A stretch of DNA of 63,651 nt, filler included, from Psammoneis japonica (Eukaryota), in the NCBI GenBank assembly GCA_008632985.1. It is 4 parts of 4 records of this genome, joined end to end, with 100 filler letters (N's around TTAATTAATTAA, not from the genome) between each part and the next. Parts side by side here need not be neighbours in the genome. Positions count along the whole stretch, not along the records: positions 1 to 17,003 come from QPGO01000480.1; positions 17,104 to 33,808 come from QPGO01000482.1; 2 more parts are not named here. One strand, 5' to 3'. A model generated the notes under the pieces. That model saw only the letters and a program-made list of their open reading frames with translations, made no database searches and had not been told where the DNA came from. Made by a program: the position numbers and the translations under genes. Position 1 is the stretch's first letter. Every line of letters starts with the position of its first letter. Below are positions 12,611 to 25,399 of the stretch, in pieces.

Positions 12611-13560
12611 TTGGCAGACCAGCGCATCATGGTGACTCCAAAGGCAAAGATTGCTTCTTTTGGCTGTGGGGGCAGTTTGCAACCTGGGAACATGTGGCTT
12701 GTTTGCACGAAAGTGCGCGAGATGCCTGGAGCACTTCACGGCAGGGAACTCCAAGAACGGAGGTGCGGGAGGGAGTGCACCCAGGAAACACAAGAGGGAG
12801 GATTTTTGCAGGAAGATTGTGGCAGAGCGTGACAGGAAAGTGGAGGAGGGGGGCAGTGGGTTGGGGGATGAGGAAAGCCACGTGGTGGGTTGCGCTGAGA
12901 CACATGAGCTGGAGCCAAAACCTGTTTGGCGGACAATGTGTGAAAAGCGGCAGTCACGCCAGTTGCAAATGACGTTGCAGACACAGTCCAAATTGAGCGA
13001 CTGCACCCCACGGCGCCAGCTGGAGAGCAGCTGGGGAAGGGCACAACACAAGCGGCACCTTGGGAAACCAGTCAACCGATCTGTTGTCAGCCAGTTGTTG
13101 AATGTGTTTGAGTGGGTCCGCCGGAGTTTTTGGCCCGTTCGCTTTCTACGTGGCCTGGAACAACCCAAATCTGTGTGGGTTCAGTGTGCTTTGCCCTGCA
13201 GAGCAGTTTTTGGGAGTGTTCTCTGGCTCGTGGCTCAAAATGACACGCAAAATGGAGCGAACAATGGCGTTTTGCCAAGTTGAAAAATGCGGTCATCTCT
13301 GAGGTCGGAACCTGGATGCTCTCAATGGAGCTCGGCACTGTCACGTCATCTTCTGCGAGACAAGCTCGAGAACATCCAGGCTCACATGGGCAGATCATGG
13401 CGAAAATTCTTGCTGAAGGTTTGCACTGACAACGTCGCTTCTGTTGCATCGCAGCCGACCTCATGCGCTGCCATTCGTGCTGTGTGTTTTGTTGAGGCTT
13501 CACATGTTTGCAGCCGTTCAATTTGCGCGCATTTTCTCTTTCTACGTTGCTCTTTTTGTT
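12611..13560. repeat. Unclassified dispersed repeat family B copy 1
   Basis: Homologous to 14465-15310 and 15570-16095 (AAAGTGCGCGAGATG...CAACCGATCTGTTGTCAG). Confidence 0.8.
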
Positions 13561-13716
13561 TGCCCTGCGGGGCAATTTTTTTGGAGTGTTTTCTGGCTCT
13601 GCGGCTTGAAACAACATGCAAAACAGCACGGACAGCGGCGTTTCGCCAAATTGAAAAATGCGGTCGTCTCTGAGATCGGAGTCTGGACACTCTCAACGGA
13701 GTTTGGTGCATCACAT

Positions 13717-13812
13717 CATTTTCGCATTTTCGCATTTTCGCATTTTTGCATTTTCGCATTTTCGCATTTTCGCATTTTCGCACTTTCGCATTTTCGCATT
13801 TTCGCATTTTCG
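13717..13812. repeat. 8-bp tandem repeat (CGCATTTT)n, about 12 units
   Basis: Directly visible. Confidence 0.95.
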
Positions 13813-13931
13813 CTGTCTTCAAATCAAGAACAATCTCGCCACATGTTGCAGGGGGGCACTGAAGGGACACAGCCCACTGGCAGGGCGCTGATCAAACAAG
13901 ATTTGCGGCGCAAGTGTTTGGCGCTGGGGGG

Positions 13932-14398
13932 CACCTTTGAGGCTTTGTGCCCTCAGCCATGTTGCGCAATTCTTGACTTTGTGCCCTTGACCTTTTTGTG
14001 CCCTTGGCTGTTTTGCGCCCTTTCCTTTTTTTGTGCCCTTGAGCACTTTGCCCCATCTCATGGTTTTGTGCCCTTGGCCATTTTGCGCCCTTTGTGACTT
14101 TGTGCCCTTGGCCACTTTGTGCCTTTTTTGGCTTCAGGCCCTCAGCCGCATTTGGTGCCCCTCCTGATTTTGTGCCTTCAGCAATTTTTGGCGATTGTGG
14201 TTTTGTGCCCTTTGCCACCTTGGGCCCTTTCTGATTTTTTGCCCTTGGCAGCTTTGTGCCCTCAGCCACCATTTTGCGCCCTCAGCCATTTTGTGACCTC
14301 AGCAACTTTGTGCCCCTGCCTGGTTTGTGCTCTTTGTGATTTGGCGCCCTCAACAGACATTTTTTGTCCTTTTTGATTTTGTGCCCTTGGCCATTTTG
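13932..14398. repeat. TTTTGTGCCCTT-core minisatellite, copy 3
   Basis: Collinear with ~3200-3657. Confidence 0.85.
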
Positions 14399-14464
14399 CT
14401 GGTCATGACAGAGCTGCAGAACAACAAGAACCTGCCCGATGAAGAGCGCGGGGCAAAGGAGAGA

Positions 14465-15310
14465 AAGTGCGCGAGATGCCTGGAGCACTTCATGGCAGGG
14501 AACTCCAAGAACGGAGATGCGGAAGGGAGCGCACCCAGGAAATGCAAGAGGGAGGATTTTTGCAGGAAAACTGTGGCAGAGTGTGACAGGAAAGCGGGGG
14601 AGGGGGGCAGTGGGTTGGGGGATGAGGAAAGCCACGTGGGGGGGTGGACCCAGACACATGAGCTGGAGCCAACACCTGTTTGGCAGAGAATGTGTGAAAA
14701 GTGGCAGTCACGTTTGTTGCAAATGACGTTGCAGGCACAATCCAAATTGAGCGACTGCACTCCACGGTGCCAGCCGGAGAGCGGCCGGGGAAGGGCACAA
14801 CACAAGTGGCGCTTTGGGAAGCCAGTCAACCGATCTGTTGTCAGTCAGTTGTCGAATGTGTTTGAGTGGGCGCGCCGGAGTTTTTGGCCCGCTTGCTTTC
14901 TACGTGGCCTGGTGCAACCCAAATCTGTGTGGGTTCAGCACGCTTTGCCCTGCAGAACAGTTTTTGGGAGTGTTCTCTGGCTCGCGGCTCAAAATGACAC
15001 GCAAAACGGCGTGGACAATGGCGTTTTGCCAAGTTGAAAAATGCGATTGTCTCTGAGGTCGGAACCTGGATGCTCTCAACAGAGTTTGGTTCGTTGTTTC
15101 ATCTTGTGCGAGATGAGCTCGAGAGCGCCCAGGCTCACATGGGCAGATTGTGGCAAAAATTCTTGCTGAAGGTTCGCATTGACAATGTCGCTTCTGTTGC
15201 TTCACGACCAGCTTCATTCGCTGCCATTCGTGCTGTGTGTTTTGTCGAGGCTTCGCGTGTTTGCAGCCATTCAATTTGCGCGCAATTTCTCTTTCTGTGC
15301 TGTTCTTTTG
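14465..15310. repeat. Repeat family B copy 2
   Basis: Aligns by eye with ~12710-13560, mostly transition differences. Confidence 0.8.
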
Positions 15311-15569
15311 TTCTGTGGGGTCTCTGTTGTCATGAGGCACCCCAGAGACACTTTTTCTTGTCTAGAATGTCATCTCTAAAGTGCGGTGGCCACGGCAATT
15401 CAGCGACGAAGCCAAGTCACAGACACAGCATCAGGAAGAGTTCAAGACAAACACGGCAACTTGGAGCCATGACGTCTTGAGCTGGGTGAGCTCTCAAGAG
15501 CTCAGACACATCATCGCACAGTTTTGACAACATTTCTCCCCCACTGTCCATGGCGATGCTGAGTTTGAT

Positions 15570-16095
15570 TTGGCAGACCAGCGCATCATGGTGACTCCAA
15601 AGGCAAAGATTGCTTCTTTTGGCTGTGGGGCAGTTTGCAACCTGGGAACATGTGGCTTGTTTGCACAAAAGTGCGCGAGATGTCTGGAGCACTTCACGGC
15701 AGGGAACTCCAAGAACAGAGGTGCGGGAGGGAGTGCACCCAGGAAACACAAGAGGGAGGATTTTTGCAAGAAGATTGTGGCAGAGCGTGACAGGAAAGTG
15801 GAGGAGGGGGGCAATGGCTTGGGGGATGAGGAAAGCCACGTGGCGGGTTGTGCTGAGACACATGAGCTGGGGCCAAAACCTGTTTGGCGGACAACGTGTG
15901 AAAAGCGGCAGCCACGTTTGTTGCAAATGACGTTGCAGACACAATCTAAATTGAGCGACTGCATTCCACGGCGCCAGCTGGAGAGCAGCTGGGGAAGGGC
16001 ACAACACAAGCGGCGCTTTGGGAAACCAGTCAACCGATCTGTTGTCAGTCAGTTGTCGAATGTGTTTGAGTGGGTCCGCCGGAGTTTTTGGCCCG
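15570..16095. repeat. Repeat family B copy 3 (truncated)
   Basis: TTGGCAGACCAGCGCATCATGGTGACTCC start shared with 12611. Confidence 0.8.
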
Positions 16096-17003
16096 CTCAC
16101 TTTCCACCTTGGTTTGGTTTTGCCCTTTTGGGGATTCCCCAAAATGGCAAAGGCAAGGGGGAATTGTCTTGCCCTTTTGGGGAATTCCTGTGAAATGAGG
16201 GCAATTTGGCAGGAAGGAACGACCAAAAGGGCTCAGGGGAGGGGAACAAAAAACGAATGGAGTGCGGTGATGTGCGGCAATTGTGGGCAGGCGGGTGTGC
16301 TTTCATCCTCGTGGCGACTGGCGCACGGAAAAAACGATGCACGACCATGACGGGTGCATCGACAAATCGGCACAAAGCGCCCCCTTGTGGCAGAGCAAGG
16401 GAAGAATGAACTTCGCCATTAAATCACACATGTTGACACTGCTCACATGTGGCTCTGTTTTTGCCTTGGCCTTTGCTCTGGAGCCGTTGTGGTTTGCATT
16501 TGTGACCACGCGACACAAGAAGGAAAAAATGATGCACTGCATTCTGTGCATGAGACAGGTCAAAGGGAAGAACGAACATTGTCGATCAACCCGCCACATT
16601 TTCGCTGACCTTGTGAGGCTCTGCTCTTGCCTCAGCCTTTGCTCCAGATGCCTCATGGTTTGCATTTGTGGCTGCACGACAACGGAGTGATTCCAAACGA
16701 TCCGCTTCATTCTGCACGTGAGATGTGTCAGTTGAAACAAAAACCATGACCATTCAATCCGCCGCATTTTTGTCAGCCATGTGCAGCTCCACTTTTGCCT
16801 TGAACTTTGCCACAAATGCCGCATGGCTCACATTTGTGACTGCAGGAAAGAAAAATGAGTGCAACGATCAGCGCACTGGTTTTCTGCTCAACATCATCTG
16901 CCACACTTCTGCTCATTTTTGTTTTACACTGTCGATCGCAATCTCGCTCACTGGATTGGCTGGCGTCATTTTTGTTTGACAAGAGCCGTCGTGGATGGGG
17001 CGC

Positions 17004-17103
17004 NNNNNNNNNNNNNNNNNNNNNNNNNNNNNNNNNNNNNNNNNNNNTTAATTAATTAANNNNNNNNNNNNNNNNNNNNNNNNNNNNNNNNNNNNNNNNN
17101 NNN
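17004..17103. other. Artificial contig spacer
   Basis: N44-TTAATTAATTAA-N44; stops in all six frames. Confidence 0.98.
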
Positions 17104-19250
17104 TGCACAGAATATGTGCAACGGACGTACCTTTCATAAATACTTGGCGGGAAGTCATTACACCCTAATTAACTTATCGATTTGCAAATTCGGGTGTGGA
17201 GGTTATCTCCGTTGTGACTTTTGCTGGATACAGTGACATTGCAGGTGCTGTGGGGTTGCTCAGCACAGTTTGGCAGTTAGCACTCAGTCCTCTGCAACAA
17301 CAACACTGGGGACATGCTCACACAGACCCCGTGGACACCTTTTTTTTGTGATGTGGCAAGACGAGGACCGATTCACTGTCAGTCTCCACACACTGCTGGT
17401 GGAGAGGCACTGCACCAGCGGGTGAGAAAAAAACTCAAATCTGGTTTTTCAAGTGCTGCAGCAGCGCTTTTGCCCAGCAACACTGGCACAGGCTGACCCA
17501 CACATCTGGTGCACCCTGCTGGGGGTGCAGCAGAAGTGCACATGATTGGTCACTTGGTGTGCCATTTTACAGTGGCGCACACTGGAGGCAACTGGCTGAG
17601 GCAAAAAATTGCACAGAAAAGAAATTGTTGCTTTCTTTTGGAGAGAGTGCAGAGCACCCAAACTGCCACAGCAAAGAACAGTTGTGTTGAGAAGAGGACA
17701 CAAAGCCAGTGCAAGCTGTGAAAAAAATGCCTTGCATCTAAAAGTGAGTGTCTTGTCTTCAAAACAAAGACTGGCTGGGTTTCACATTTGCACGTGCCGG
17801 AACAAAAATGAGCCATTTGCCACTCAGAGGCAGGCCAGCAGGGAGAAGATGGGGTGTTCAAGACTTGCAGGTGTGAAGCAGGGAGCCTTGATGACACAAT
17901 GAGAAGGACATTGGAGAAAAGAACATCATTCTCATGTGGGGTTGACGCCGAGTCTTGTGTGGAAATGCCGATCCATGCAGCAAATGGACGGCCCCATCAA
18001 GTGATGCCAATGGTTTGTCCAAACAAACACTTGCAAGCACTGCAGCAGGGGCAGAACTTTCACCACATGAGGGGAGGGGCTTGAGCAGTCGGCAGGAGAA
18101 AAAAAATCATTGTGGGCTGCATCTCACCATGTCATGATTCCTGCCCAAAGTGCGAGCTCTCAAGAAATGAAGTGAGATGCCGTCACACTGCCTGACGGTT
18201 GCAGGTGAGCCTCTTTATAATCTCACTTGCTCAGTGGGCACTTTAATCTCTTGTTCATTGAATCACCTGGCACATCGCCCATGTGGACATGTCACCACAC
18301 ACGACATGGGCTGATGGGTTGTGTGGATGGAAGATGATGGCATCAAAGATGTTGTGATCATCAGTGGGCATTTCTGAAGCATGCAGAAGTTGTGCTGAGA
18401 TCCTGTGCAGAAAATTCACCGAATCTTGCCGAATCTGCAAAAAAAAAGCTGAGTGAGACAACAAACATGATGCGAGCCATGAGGTGTCTGTGCCAATCAT
18501 TTTCCACTGAAAATTGTCATGCATCATGCTCAAACAAAGGTGTGCCAATGACACAAGTAGCCAAAAGGGTGTTGGGGGACCCCCAGCAAAACACCATCTG
18601 AAAGAGGGGCAACATCAGTGCAAAAGCACGTGCAGAAACACACGCACCACGGGCTGCCAGTGGGTGGCTGCTGACATCGGGAAGTCTGCACCAGCAGGTG
18701 ACTCCAGGGGCAGCACAGCAGCCAGGAGGTCTGCTTTTCTCTCCATTGGGGCCCTCTCTAGGAAACTGACAGAGCAGCAGAGATCACAGCTGGCCCAATC
18801 ACCAAATGGGAGACATTCACTGGGTCATCACATGGATTCAGACGGAATCTTGGTTTTCACTTCACAGCTGACTCTGCGCACCTTAACTCACAATGGGACA
18901 TGGCTCGTCCAAAATATGCTATCGCTCATTCAGAACAATTATACAAATTGTGGGACGACTCCTCATGTCATTGTCATTCCGCTGATACGGTCCGTCGTTC
19001 CGATGCGCTGCTGTCCGCCCGACCTGACCTTCTCAGGTAGTCCGCCGCCCTAATTTTTCGGAAGACTGATGCGACATTGTAATTGTGAGCGGCTGAGACT
19101 CAGACCACAGACTAGGGGAACCGAACAAAAGCCACCTATAAAGGAGGAGAAAATGAAACTTTTCATGAAAAATGATATCAGAAAATGGGAAGACTTATCG
19201 GTCTATGGTAAGCATTCTTTGTGTATGTTAGCGTCCATCTAGTTTACTTC

Positions 19251-20084
19251 CTAGTGTCCAGTCCACAGTTTTCCGGCTTCCGTTTCTCCCGACTTGAGCT
19301 TCTTCCATGCCTCGTGGGTTTCCTCGATTACCTTTTTGGCCTCGGCGGCGTCAAGGAACTTCTCGTCGAATCCGAAGCCATTGAGCGGTTTGTCATCGGG
19401 CGTCTTGTACCAGCGGAACCATTCACGGATTCCAGCCAAGACAGACTCAGGGACATCATCAATGTCATTGTACTCCTCTGCCAAAGGGTCGTCCTTAGAG
19501 ATAGCAACAACCTTCCAGTCCAATTCTCCGTCATCAATCATTGCCAAGACGCCAAGAGGCTTAACTTCAGTGACTGAGCCCATGTCAAGCGTCTTGCTTC
19601 CAATCTCCACAACATCGATCGGATCATCGTCGCCAAATACTTTGAGTTCTGGGTGTTCCTCATTAGGATCCTCCCAGGTCTGTGGCAAGCAGCCATAGTT
19701 CCAGAAAATTGGTCCGTGATAGTCACGGAGATTGCCTTTCTTAATATCCTGAGCGATCGGGTTGCTTTCCTCCTTCGTGGCAACTTCCATCTTTGCTTTG
19801 CTCATTTTAGGAATTTCTACAACCATATTGAACGAATCGCCACTTCCCTTGAGAGGGATGTCATGCCAGGGCGAAATTGGGCCCTTTTCTCCCTTGAAGT
19901 TCAGGCGAAAGGATTCTGTAGCAACCTCACCGCTGACCTCGGTTTGTACCGAAAAGAGAGCTGCAGCAGCAAACGTCCTCTGTTGAGCCCTGTAAACAGC
20001 AGGCGTCACACTGCGAGAGATCAAGCCCGACGCAGACGATGCGCTCAGAGCAAGAAACGAGAAAGCACCTGGAGCGAACTTCAT
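19251..20084 (-). CDS. PPA: Soluble inorganic pyrophosphatase (family I), probably plastid-targeted
   Basis: SPWHDIPL, VVEIPK, WNYGCLPQTWEDP, GDDDPIDVVEIG, DDGELDWKV, WFRWYK motifs; signal-peptide-like MKFAPGAFSFLALSASSASG start at 20084. Confidence 0.93.
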   Translation of the reverse strand: MKFAPGAFSFLALSASSASGLISRSVTPAVYRAQQRTFAAAALFSVQTEVSGEVATESFRLNFKGEKGPISPWHDIPLKGSGDSFNMVVEIPKMSKAKMEVATKEESNPIAQDIKKGNLRDYHGPIFWNYGCLPQTWEDPNEEHPELKVFGDDDPIDVVEIGSKTLDMGSVTEVKPLGVLAMIDDGELDWKVVAISKDDPLAEEYNDIDDVPESVLAGIREWFRWYKTPDDKPLNGFGFDEKFLDAAEAKKVIEETHEAWKKLKSGETEAGKLWTGH

Positions 20085-20317
20085 GGTCAATCGAATGTTG
20101 TCACGAGCAGATGTGTGACGAGTGACGATTTGAAAAAATGGCGGGTGATGCCGCGGCCACACGAGTTTCTGCGTAGAAAGAGTACTGAGTTCTACATCCA
20201 CTACTGCTCCATCCGTCCATCAACGTAAAACACGTCACAACATCATGTTGCGGTTGACGCACGTACGCGCGCCGGAAGGATGATCGATCGCGAACATCGG
20301 CCAGACGAGATGTGGGG

Positions 20318-20325
20318 TGACGTCA
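20318..20325. promoter_or_regulatory. TGACGTCA (bZIP/CRE-type palindrome) in a divergent promoter
   Basis: Exact motif between the head-to-head PPase and DUF1995-like genes; function is inferred only. Confidence 0.3.
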
Positions 20326-20497
20326 TCGGCGGGACAACGCATCACAAGTAGTTTGCTCGTCAGCGCGGGCACAGGCAACATGCAACATGAAAACAGGACC
20401 AATGTGAGCAACAAGCAACTACTGTACGACGAAAGCGTTCCTGTTCTGTCTCGTCATTATTTTGGTACCTCTTGCCATTCAATACATCTAATTGAGA

Positions 20498-21608
20498 ATG
20501 ACGCCGCGACAACTTTTTCTTTTGTTTGCGGCATTCAGATGCGCTTTGTCTTTTTCCACGCTCTCACCTTCAGCGCCCAGAAGTATCAGCAGCAGCCGCG
20601 TGAAGAAGAATGAGCTCGTCATGAATTCTCAACAAAAAAGTTCACCCGAAACAGCTGAAGTTGACAAAACTGAGTCCCTTTTGATTCCTCTTTCGTTTGA
20701 TGAAATGATAAGAGAGGCAGCAAGTGCCATGGAAGATGCTTACGAGGCTGGAGTAACCCGTCAAATTGTTCGTGTTCTCTTACCGAGAGACCCCGACAAT
20801 GGTCAACTTGGACGCTTCTTTGAAAGCGATGTGGAAATCGATACGCGGCAACTTGTTTTGGCCCCGCCTGATGAGACGTGGCAGGGTGGCATCATGCAGC
20901 TCTATAGGGCCGCCGCGCCAACGGGCCAAGAGCTTCTCAGGTGAGCTTGAATTTTCTGTCTTTGCGTCTTCGACTGAGTGTTTGTACCTAAACCTCATAT
21001 CATTTTTCTCTACGCATCATTCATCGTTGCACAGAAAATACTCGAAAGATCTTGGTGGCCTGCCTCCTCGAATGGTCGAAGACCGTTCTGTGGATGAATC
21101 AGGTGTCGACGGGGTTGGGCTGTGGATGACCCAGAATGCCTCGCCCGCAGATGATGTTAGCTGCTTTGTTCAACCAACGCAGGAAACTGTTGACGCCATT
21201 GAGAGCATTTCAAATTCAGCTGGAAAGAGACTAGTCATGATGCTTAATCCACAGTGGCGTATCATTGATGACGCCTTGGACTCGGCATCGCGAGAAGATA
21301 GTCCGTTTGGAAAGTTCGCATCGTTCCTCGGCGGGAAAGGGAATTCTCTCAAACGACTTGATGACATGGGGTTTGCCAGTGTGTACACTCTGGAAGGTTA
21401 TGTGTGTAAGGGAGGCAATATAAGGCTTGTCAAGAGATTCGACTCTGATTGGGTTGTGTTTGCGGAAAATGACGCACAAACCGACTATGTGCGTCTGGGG
21501 AGCTCAAAGTCTCGTCCGATGTACCAAGATGTTGACAAAATGATGGACGAAAAGGGCATCAGTCTCAAGTACGCTCGCGATATTGGCCTTGCTCCGAAGT
21601 TGGAATAA
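20498..21608 (+). CDS. DUF1995-like plastid protein; exons 20498-20940 and 21035-21608
   Basis: Signal peptide with ALS-F motif; GT..AG intron restores the frame (R-KYSKDL); DETWQGGIMQLYR, DESGVDG and LNPQW motifs. Confidence 0.75.
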
Positions 21609-21873
21609 GCACCGACTTCACTTTCTGGATAGTATTGAAACAATTACATAGACAAGACGGTTTTTGAATTTGTGTGCTCTATTTTATACATGCGATCTGA
21701 ATAACTGCGGCGAAAACACATCCTTGTTCAAGGAACGCCAGACTTAGACAGGGAAAAGTTAGCCACGACTTTGCCCCTGGTACAAACGTTGGTGATGGAA
21801 AAACATAGAAGGCTCCCAACGTCCAGTAGCTGTACGATAGATTGAAACAGACATCATATCTATCGATACACAA

Positions 21874-23986
21874 TCACAAATCAACAGTATCCTCTGCGAG
21901 ATATTCTCGCATAGCTCCGTTCGGCAACCGCGGTGGCGGATTTGGTGGACCAGTTAAAACAAAAGTTGGATCAGATTTCCGCTGAGAACGACATATCTCG
22001 CAAACGGACGAGTTGCAGGTGTGCACGTCACGGGAACCATATGAGTCACTCAGTCCATCTCCATAACCATTCGCTGCTTCTCCTTGTCGGTGGCCCGTCC
22101 AGACAGATGCGATAGAATCTTCCTCGCCCAATACTTGTGCCTGGGGAGTAGTTGCCTCGGTCTCACTGTCACCTGCAATTTCCTTTGCAAGACTATCGTC
22201 ATCCAATGAGATGTGAGAGGTCTCTTCAGAGGCGCCTTTTCTCCTCTTCACAAACAAGAGGATAAGGACCACAAGAGCAACGGCTCCGCAGGAAATGAGC
22301 ACAATACCGAGCGCTCCTAAGCCGCCGTCATTTTTGTCATCTCCCTGTACCTCTTGCACCCCTGCAGCTCCCCCACCACCATCGTCAATAGCAATGTCAA
22401 CCCCGTCAACATCCAACAGACCAGGGACTTGCAACTGATTCCGTTCATTAGCCGTTTTGATCGCCCCTTCCACAATCGAGGGAAAATCGTCCGTCTCTGT
22501 GCCCGTGTAATACAGAGCTGTATCAGTCTCCGTGGCAATGCATTTGGCATCCGAGTCGGACTTGGCTGGCACGCACGAGCCTGTACGTACAAAAAATGTA
22601 GACGAAGCATTAGAAGAGTGTACATAAAGAGTGAGTCAGATTTTATCGTCGGACATAGCAATTCCCCGTACCTTGCGCTTCCTTCTCTGGAGTGGCAAAT
22701 ACAGTGTTCCAAATGGTTGTTTTGTCCTGCAACCTTCGCATGCTGGGGGTATCACATTCAGATATCAGCGGAGCTACATATTTCTGAAGCGCTTCTCGTA
22801 GCTCATCCACTACCGCATCAAAGCTAGCCCCATTCATAATGGTGAGATCCAAACCGACTTTCAACCTAAAAGTATCGCCTTCCCTTGAAGCCGTTCCAGC
22901 TTCAATCGCGGCGCAATCTACTGCGCGGCCCGATGTGACGGGCGCTGAAGGAGACGCACCGTCGTTTCCTGGCGTGCCGTCTCCCGGCTTTGGTGAAGCT
23001 CCCCCTCCATCTCCAGGGGAGGTTGAGGGGGGACCCCCACTAGGATTGCTGCCATCCTGCGGCGAAGACGAAGGACCACCACTAGGATTGCTGCCACCTT
23101 CCGGTGAAGATGAAGGACCACCACCAGCTCCTGGGGAGGGCGAAGGACCACCACTAGGATTGCTGCCGACTCCGGGCGAAGACGAAGGACCCCCACTAGG
23201 ATTGCTGCCGACTCCAGGCGAAGACGAAGGACCGCCACTAGGATTGCTGCCGACTCCTGGCGAGGTCGAAGGACCCCCACTGGGACTAGGATTGGTGCCG
23301 ACTCCAGGCGAAGATGGAGGACCCCCACTAGGATTGCTGCCGACTCCAGAGGAGGGCGAAGGACCACCACTGGAACTACTGTCCTCTCCCGGGGAAGGTG
23401 AGAGACCACCACTTGGAGTGTTGCCGTCACCCGGTGTGGGAGATGGAGCAACTTGGTCGGCTGGAGGTCCAGGTGGTGACGGAACGATCGGATTGACTGG
23501 TGCCGGTGCCCACGTATTCCCCTTTCCTTTTGATTTCTTGCCTTTGGTTTTACATTCCTTCGATTTTCTGAAAGACCGAGCAAACAAGCCGTGAGTGACC
23601 GTCGGAAAGGAGCAAGGAGCAACAGAGAAAGAACTACAGAATCTGTTTCAAATTCAGACTTACTTGCTATGTCCTTTGCCCTTTCCTGGATGTTTAGAGT
23701 CTTTGCTATCGCAGTCACTGCTTTTTTCCGTTCCTTTTCCTACCCCTTCCCCATCAGACGCGGTTCTAGCATCAAAAACATTTTGAACCTCCTCGTATCG
23801 AGTGTGGGGGCTGTCCTCAAGGGCTCTATTTTCCAGGGAAGAACGTATTCTCCCTCTGACTAGGCTGCCTTTTTCTGACTTAACTGCGATCGATGGTGAA
23901 GCAAGCATCATCAACAGTAACAGGCATTTTCGAACCCTGCCTTTGGAGGAAATTTGCCGATGCTGTTCCATCGTGAATATCAACAT
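21874..23986 (-). CDS. Single-pass cell-surface protein with G/P/S repeats; exons 23986-23664, 23567-22672, 22580-21874
   Basis: Two in-frame GT..AG introns; N-terminal hydrophobic stretch; RRLQ motif; TM segment followed by KRRK; cytosolic DVHTCNSSVCEIC and EDTVDL end, as I recall from diatom membrane proteins. Confidence 0.85.
23030..23385. repeat. Coding ~42-bp tandem repeat (GGPSSSPGVGSNPS units)
   Basis: CCACTAGGATTGCTGCC recurs at ~42-bp intervals. Confidence 0.9.
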
Positions 23987-24679
23987 GATATGACTGGTCC
24001 TGCCCTAGTCAGAAGTAACAATCGTCTGGTTGAAAGAACAAGCAAGCGTCAACGATAGAAACTATCGAGATATCAGTTCTTATAACAAGAAGAAGGGTGC
24101 AATGGTCGTGTCAATTGCATGCAATGGCAATGCAATGAAGTCCGATTTTGGTCGTCCTTTGTGAACACGACCAGTGAGTCGGTGATTGAATGAAGCCTTC
24201 AGCATCGAATGCTATATTTTCCGTTAATCGCCAAATTCTTCTCTAACAATGTACTTTTTTTCTAATTTGAAATATGTCATACGTGTACATACATAATTAA
24301 CGTTGAAAGGTATCTTTAAAACGCACATCGTGAATAAATTTTATTTATGAATAACATTTATAATTGAAAAGTACTATCAGATCTTTCTTCCGTTGAAAAT
24401 TTTGGAATTCCAAATGAGCAGTTAAATCGATCGGAATCGCCTTTCCATTTCCCCACACAGTTCTGCAACACGCCAAAAGCATGAGCTAGCCCTAGAGAGA
24501 GGGCCCTGGTTCTTGGAAAGATCCTCTGATGGCGGATTGCAGTTGTCTCAATTTATGGTCACGCATTTTTAAAGAATTAGAGCTAGCAACAGCGATGAGT
24601 CGCTGAATCATCACTTTCAACTTCTTCATTCTCGAAAGTAACATGCCTTATGTACCTACAATGAAACATCTACATGCAG

Positions 24680-25399
24680 TTAAGGTCCATTTTCCTCTTC
24701 GTCCAGCTCTTCAATCATTGGCGTTGATGTTTCTTCAATTTTTTCTTTTTGTCGTCGTTGCTTCTCCGCTCGGTCGGCTCTCCTTTGTCGTCGTTTCTCC
24801 AACTCTTTTTTCCCTCCATCCACATCCCACAACAGAGCACCGTCATTATCCATCTCTTCTTTACTTTCGTTCTTCAAGAGACGCCCAAACTCTTCTACAA
24901 ACAGAATGGTCTGGTCACGATCGATCTCGTCAGGAAACACCAAGTCCAAATCCTTGTAAGCCCACAAAAGCGCTCTTCTCCCCATGAAACGACTCGGTTT
25001 TTGATTCGATGCAACCAATCCATTCCACAGCTGGGAGACTATTCTTCGTTCCAAAGACTCGTCGTCTTGTTGGTCGAGTGCAAACGTGTACCGATTTATG
25101 GCTTTGAGCAAGACCCGGCAGCTCATGAGGGCGTGTTGAGAATTCATGACACACTTGACGTCACCATCAAAGGAGTTTTGTGCAAGAGATCGAGCAGATA
25201 TCAAACTGAGATATGACTTGACGGCAGAATCTATCGTTGGACGTTCCTTGGCAAGCGACTGCGACATGGCTTCCTCCGGACTTAAGGAGAACGACGACGT
25301 TGCCGCTGATGATATTGCTGACGTTGCTGCCAACTTTGACACAGCTTCTGTAGCTCTCTTCTGGAAGTCCGACATGTTGTCAGGTACACCGGTATCCAT
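24680..25399 (-). CDS. Hypothetical protein, 239 aa
   Basis: Clean ORF with normal composition including Tyr; head-to-head with ATP synthase alpha. Confidence 0.75.
   Translation of the reverse strand: MDTGVPDNMSDFQKRATEAVSKLAATSAISSAATSSFSLSPEEAMSQSLAKERPTIDSAVKSYLSLISARSLAQNSFDGDVKCVMNSQHALMSCRVLLKAINRYTFALDQQDDESLERRIVSQLWNGLVASNQKPSRFMGRRALLWAYKDLDLVFPDEIDRDQTILFVEEFGRLLKNESKEEMDNDGALLWDVDGGKKELEKRRQRRADRAEKQRRQKEKIEETSTPMIEELDEEENGP

Noticed and set aside
13717..13812. Telomeric repeat
   Set aside because: Internal, short, and unlike TTAGGG-type repeats
17048..17059. TTAATTAATTAA as a biological motif
   Set aside because: Centred in fixed N-runs three times; assembly linker
22839..23594. 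251-aa plus-strand GPPLGLLP ORF
   Set aside because: Antisense shadow of the repeat exon of the spliced minus-strand gene
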